In this document: piece by piece, positions 58,866 to 64,000 of the stretch | Layout: every line of letters starts with the position of its first letter | Position numbering within the stretch: the first letter of the stretch is position 1 | From: Pelomyxa schiedti | Taxonomy: Eukaryota; Protista; Evosea | Direction: 5' to 3' | Assembly: GCA_020536535.1 (NCBI GenBank) | Contig: JAHLWZ010000476.1 | Coordinates: forward strand, 27,283-91,282 | DNA length: 64,000 bases | The notes under the pieces: generated by a model | What the model saw: only the letters and a program-made list of their open reading frames with translations | Told to the model about the DNA's origin: nothing | Database searches by the model: none | Position numbers and translations under genes: made by a program

Positions 58866-59323
58866 GTGTCGGGATTAACGTCGCTGCCACAAACTGCACC
58901 GCCAACAAACCACGGGGAAAAAAAAAAAAGAAAAAAAATTAGGAGGGTCATCGTGCGTTCGAACGTGCATTTGGTGTAGGAACGAAGAGACACAAGGAAA
59001 GAAATGAAGCGACGTGGGGTGCGTTGAGGGGGGGAAAAAAACCGTCGCGGTGGTGCCACGTACCGTTGTCCGTTTATTTAATTTTTTTTTCTTCGTGCAA
59101 CAAGGGAGAGGAAAAATTCCATCTGCGCTTCCCAAGATGGTGCCTTGATTTTCCACAATGTTTCCTTTCTTCCAAAGCCTTTTTTCCATTGACACAACAC
59201 CCTCTCCCTCGCGTTCCTTGACTCCACTCCGGAACACCCTCATTCTAGTCCCCCAGTTGGCCTAACTTCCAAAACTCCTGCGAAAAACCACAAAACCGTC
59301 GTCGTTTAAGTAGGTATCAACCA

Positions 59324-60365
59324 ATGGCAACGGCACCAAGGCACCAGCCCGACGCGGCGGACCAAGTTGGAGGCCACGGGGGAAAACAAGGACTGGTGTT
59401 TGAGGGCAACAGGATCTACAAACCGGCGCTGATGCCCAAGGAGAAGGCGTTCTACGAGAGCATCCAGGCGTCCGGCGAGAACAACGGGTCCGTGGCGCCT
59501 CGCTATTATGGGTGCGTAACGAGGGACACGCAGTGGGGCCCCCTTGAGTACATGATCCTTGAGAACATCACAACCCCAATGAAGTTCCCGTCGATGCTCG
59601 ACATGAAACTTGGCACTCGCACTTGGTAGTTAGTTAGTCCAATTTTTACAAGATATAGCATTCAATCGCACCAAAATACTTTGGAAACGACTGGGAGAGG
59701 GAAAAATTGTTAAGCAGTGTTGAGCAATATTATTGGAAAATTAGAGATATTTTATAAGTTTGGAAATAATGTCATATGATCGTGTATCTTCTATTGGAAG
59801 AGGGATAGTGACTGACGTATCTCAAACAACCTCATAGGGATGCTGATTGCTCTCCAGAAAAGAAAGCGGGACATATTGAGCGTGCTGAGCAGACAACAAG
59901 TGTAATGTACGGCTTTGTCTTCTGTGGAATGAAAGGTAAAGTTTCATGCTTTCTTTCACTGTTTCTTATTCTCATGCAGTTTACAACAAAGTCGAGCAGC
60001 GACACACCAAGTACCCCAAGCACTTTGGTTGGGATGCCCGCACTGATGAGAAAATGCAGGCGGCACTTGGAATTTTCCTCCACGATGGCGAGAAAGTCCG
60101 CAAGGACGCCATTGTTGCATGGCTGCCCAAGATAGCAGCCCTGCGTGCGTGGTATGCTCAGCGCAAGTGGCACATGTTTGCTGCATCACTCCTATTTGCG
60201 TATGATGTTGATGCAGAGGGTGCTGCCCAGCCTGACATTCGCCTGATCGACTTTGCTCACTCTTGGAACACCTCCACAATGACCCCTGAAGAGAGGACGA
60301 GTGACCCCTCTGGAGTCCTCACTGGCATAGACAACCTTGTTTCCTTCCTCAAGAAATTTCTGTAA
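59324..60365 (+). CDS. Inositol polyphosphate kinase (IPK/IPMK family)
   Basis: QVGGH, ILENIT, PSMLDMKLGTRTW (PxxxDxKxG), ASLL, IDFAH and G.L.GIDNL. First intron 59626-59837. Confidence 0.93.
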
Positions 60366-60455
60366 CTTACTTTTGGGGCTCAAACCAACTCCAAAAAACA
60401 ATTGGATCATTCACCTAAATTGATCAAAACAAACGTGTCTGGTTGGGGCAAATCG

Positions 60456-61071
60456 TGGTTAGTGGTGTGTGATTGCTGACTTCAACAAACAAGAGAGGTG
60501 ACCAAAGTCATTCTCAACAATCTGTGTCACATTTTGACACACTGATGCCCCCTCCTTCAAGGGCTTTGTCTGTTATGGATCAATGGTTTACTCAACTGTT
60601 GGGCAACCTGCAATCTCTACCACTGTGTCAACTGCTTCAACATCCTTTTCACTTCTTTGCACAATGTCTTGGGTGACATGATGGTACCTTCTGATCCATG
60701 TTCTCAATCTTGCCCTTATCAATGCACTTGATAAGAGCTATGAAGCCAGCAACCAATTCCAATTTCCCCCACCAAAACATACAGTTCCTCTTGTTGTGTT
60801 GGTACCAATAGCTCCACCACCTCTAAGAGATGATGACATACAACTCCTACCAACATGTGGTGTTCAAGAAGTACCTCAAACTCCACCTGTGACAACCACA
60901 ACAACTTCAGTGCTAAAACCACCAACCACCTTCAGCTTCACAAGTGGCACCCATTCCCAAGGAGACTGCCACAGCACCTCAGCCGAAAGCGTTAGTAACA
61001 GATTTCGCAGAATGGTACAATCTACAGCGTTGTGTCAAAAATTTGAAATTGTGTCAATTGGAGTTATTTGA
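60456..61071 (+). pseudogene. Possible decayed coding sequence (CpG-free, TGA-interrupted Pro/Thr-rich frames)
   Basis: Protein-like reading frames broken by TGA codons near 60674-60694, and no CpG over about 530 nt. Confidence 0.3.
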
Positions 61072-61321
61072 CCCCCATTTTTGGGGGGTGACTGGGACTG
61101 GAGCCCCAGAATTGCCAGCTAAAAACGAAGTCCCTTCTGGGGGGGTTAAAAGGGCCTTCAGGGAGGGGAAAAGGGCCGCTACTGTGCGGTATGTCGTTAG
61201 TTCCAATGGAGGTTTACAACCCTGGAACAAAACCTAAAAATACAGGATGTCCAGCGGAGAAAATTTGTGCCTTTTCGGAAGCACAGAGAAAGTTTTTTCG
61301 GTAACCCACAACGCCAGGACA

Positions 61322-63709
61322 ATGGACCGGCAACTCACCTCAACCACCTGCTCGCAGTGCCTTTCCGTTCGTCAGAGAGAACGGGGCGATAGCGCGGCCC
61401 TCATAGCCTCCGACAAGTGGGATGGTGTCCAGGCAAAAAACCTCACCTGGTACTTCGTCCCAGGAAGCGAGAACTGCACTTCCGCGGCGGTGCTCAAAGC
61501 GGCGACTTCTTGGTCTGATGCCGCACATGGGGCCGTAGTGTTCAAGCAGGTGAATACACCCGAAGCCGCTCTTTTTTCTGTTCGGGACTCCGAAGAACTG
61601 AACACCCGCAACGTGGCACTGTCCTTTTTTCCGAATGTTGCACCCCCTCGCAATCTCATCTGTTTCCCCGTCATGAGGGGTTACACAGAACCCATGAAGG
61701 CTGGAGTTATTCGACATGAGCTTGGGCATATTCTGGGATTCAGACATGAGCACATTTGGGACAAGTGTGTTTTTCACATTAAATCCCCCACTCCTAACAA
61801 CTCAATGAGGAACAATATGGAACATGAGTGGCCCACTGCATCTTGTTCTCCCCTCACAAGGCGTGATCCGAACTCAGTCATGGACTACAGTCAGATACAG
61901 AGGGATTTGGCGGCAGGGAAGGAAACTCAACTCAGTGAAAGTGATAAGGCAGGAATTCAGAGACTGTATGCCCCGGATGGAGAAATACCACGAAATTTGA
62001 TCATGCCCCTTTGGCCACTTCCCCAACTGGAAGGCAACCCAAGCTTAGCCCAAGGAAGTGATCTTTGGGTGCCGGATGGGTGGGAACTTCTTGAAAAATC
62101 CTATCCCTTTATCATGTCACCACCTACAGTGACAGGCACATCCACAGTAGCAACCTCAGATGCTGTCAAAGTACTCTATATAGTGTCCAAAAAAGACCGC
62201 GTAGGTGTGTCTTGGTTGTTTCTCCCTTCTGGTATCTGATTTACGCCAGTGATACCTGAAATGACCATCATTGCTTGCCAACCGACTGCCAGTATCGTCG
62301 GTTGGGCCTACTGTAATGGCCTAAATGGAACTCCAAACCTCTGTGACTGCACGTTATGTGCCTGTGACAGTTCAAGTACTCAAAAGACTGGTCTTGCGTT
62401 CTTCATGAGGAAGCAAGGTGCGGGTCCCGTAGCGAGAATTGCCGACATTCCTGAGGGAGTTACACTCATGGTCCGTGGCAATGACACTGCTGCGGAAATA
62501 CCCGAAATTCAGGAATTGAACTTCAGCTACATCGAGAGTGGAATCGCCAGCTCTTTCCTCTGTAATTCAAATGAAAATGACACATCAGGGGTTTTGACAA
62601 CGATTTTCATTGGCAACCCAGGTGTCGGAAAAAGCACCCTCCTCAATGCCATTGCTTGCCAAGGTTGTGAGAAAATAGGCACAGAACCTCTCTCCAGCAT
62701 TTCATTGGGTTGGAGCCTGACAACAGTCAAAGACCAATTAAGGCAGGGGATATACGGCCTCACTGACACAGCAGAGGAAATACATAGGGCACTGTGCACA
62801 GGTGTACGCTTCAGGTTTATCTTTGTTGTTACTACTCTGAAAAACTCGTTTCCTTTGGCTTTTCAACCAGAGGATGTGACAGTGATGAGTCTCGTGCTTG
62901 ATGCACTGCCAATGATTGGTAGTAATTACTCTATTATCCTCAACAAGCTCTCCCCCGAGGAGCTGGCAACACTGCAGATAAAGCCCATTGAGAACGAACT
63001 TCAGAGCGGTCTGAGGCCCACCAAGCATATCTTCCACCTGGGGCTTCTTGACAAAAATAAGCTACATGATGCCGCCAGCATGCCTCGGTCATTATGGGAG
63101 TTTATTGATAGGGCGGCCATAGTCAGAATTGAAATAGGCACAGTAGCCTCCCTCAGAAACAAATTACAAGTACTCCCAGTTCATGCTATCACCCCTCCAA
63201 CCTCTCCTCCAGTCCCCCGTGCCCCTCCCTCTCCTCCAGTCCTCCCTGTGTTCTCACAATCATCTCCACATTCATATCGGCTCACCGTTAACCTGACATC
63301 TCGCGCAGAAAATGAACCTTCAAGAGAAGATGACTCCATCGGGAGAGAACTGGATCCCAACTTCACGATCTGCGTCTGCTGCCGGTGTGAGGACAGACCG
63401 GTTGTGTCTTGTGCTAGAGTGATACCTTGTTGCTCTAACTGTGGGTCTGACACTGTAGTACTTAGAAATGAGTTTGATTTTCAGGCGACATGCTTCGCGT
63501 GTGCTGTCCCCCATAGCCGGGCAGTACATTTGGCGCGGTGTAAAAACCAAATCAGAGATGCCGTCAAGAAATCTCACCCATGGCGATACAATAGGGACCA
63601 AAATGTATGCCACTCTACTCTAGTTCTCTCCCAACTGCTCTTTGACAACGCTGGGAAAAAAGCGAAATGTGCTATTTGCCTGTCACCAGAACCAGTAAGC
63701 ACCATTTAA
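61322..63709 (+). CDS. Metzincin zinc protease fused to a degenerate P-loop G domain and a Cys-rich C-terminus
   Basis: HELGHILGFRHEH and SVMDY (Met-turn). Intron 62205-62249 joins ORF 62249-63709, which has IGNPGVGKSTLLN, FIFVVT, ILNK and several CxxC pairs. The start may be 61247. Confidence 0.75.
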
Positions 63710-64000
63710 ATTGTGCTTGCATCTGAAAATATTGCAGGTTCTCATCTCTTTCCCACAACCGTGTCTGCATTTTGTTTGTCCCTCTTGTTTTGCGTCTACA
63801 TGGACTGAGAGGATTCAGCAAAGGAGATTGCCATGGAATGTAGAAAAACAGTGTGTTGGAATTACATGCCCAGGTATTAGCCCTTCGCAATAACTTTCGA
63901 TAATAAGCAACGTAATAAAAGCTGGCTGCCAAGTTTTTGTGCATGATATCCAGATACTTCAACTTCTGGGACCTAAGTACTACAATATCTTCATGGATTT

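Noticed and set aside
41151-61148. TTAACCCC (41151) and GGGGTTAA (about 61141) resembling piggyBac ends beside the CpG deserts
   Set aside because: Only 8 bp, 20 kb apart around ordinary host genes, with no extended inverted repeat or transposase seen.
63710-64000. Possible 3' end of a minus-strand gene at the window edge
   Set aside because: Too short and no recognisable motif; cannot be supported from this window.
1-64000. tRNA, rRNA, snRNA genes and transposase or reverse transcriptase ORFs
   Set aside because: None recognised by eye. A covariance-model scan would be needed to exclude small RNAs.

Overview
Gene-dense eukaryotic nuclear DNA, not prokaryotic. It holds about 25 protein genes split by many short (mostly 39-61 nt) spliceosomal introns, with very short intergenic spacers and one 100-N scaffold gap. 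Entamoeba-style transmembrane kinase architecture, a flagellar coiled-coil protein (CFAP73/CCDC42-like), a CoA-transferase and an oxygen-sensitive radical-SAM protein together suggest a flagellated anaerobic amoebozoan (archamoeba, Pelomyxa-like); this is inference only. Housekeeping and signalling genes are the primase large subunit, Hrq1/MrfA-type helicase, RhoGEF, TBC RabGAP, an Arf-like GTPase, IPMK, BTB-SPRY and kinases. They are interleaved with several genes of prokaryotic type. The most notable observations are: (1) a vWA-VIT-vWA-zinc finger protein ending in a prokaryotic CFI-box-CTERM-like sorting domain that is itself split by an intron; (2) an intron-containing SplB-like radical-SAM gene; (3) an intronless nucleotidyltransferase-GHMP kinase fusion; (4) a metzincin protease fused to a degenerate G domain; (5) a CoA-transferase that seems to lack its catalytic Glu; (6) two sharply bounded CpG deserts suggesting targeted methylation; (7) at least four probable GC-AG introns. 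Exon structures were reconstructed by eye and family names come from motif recognition, not database searches.
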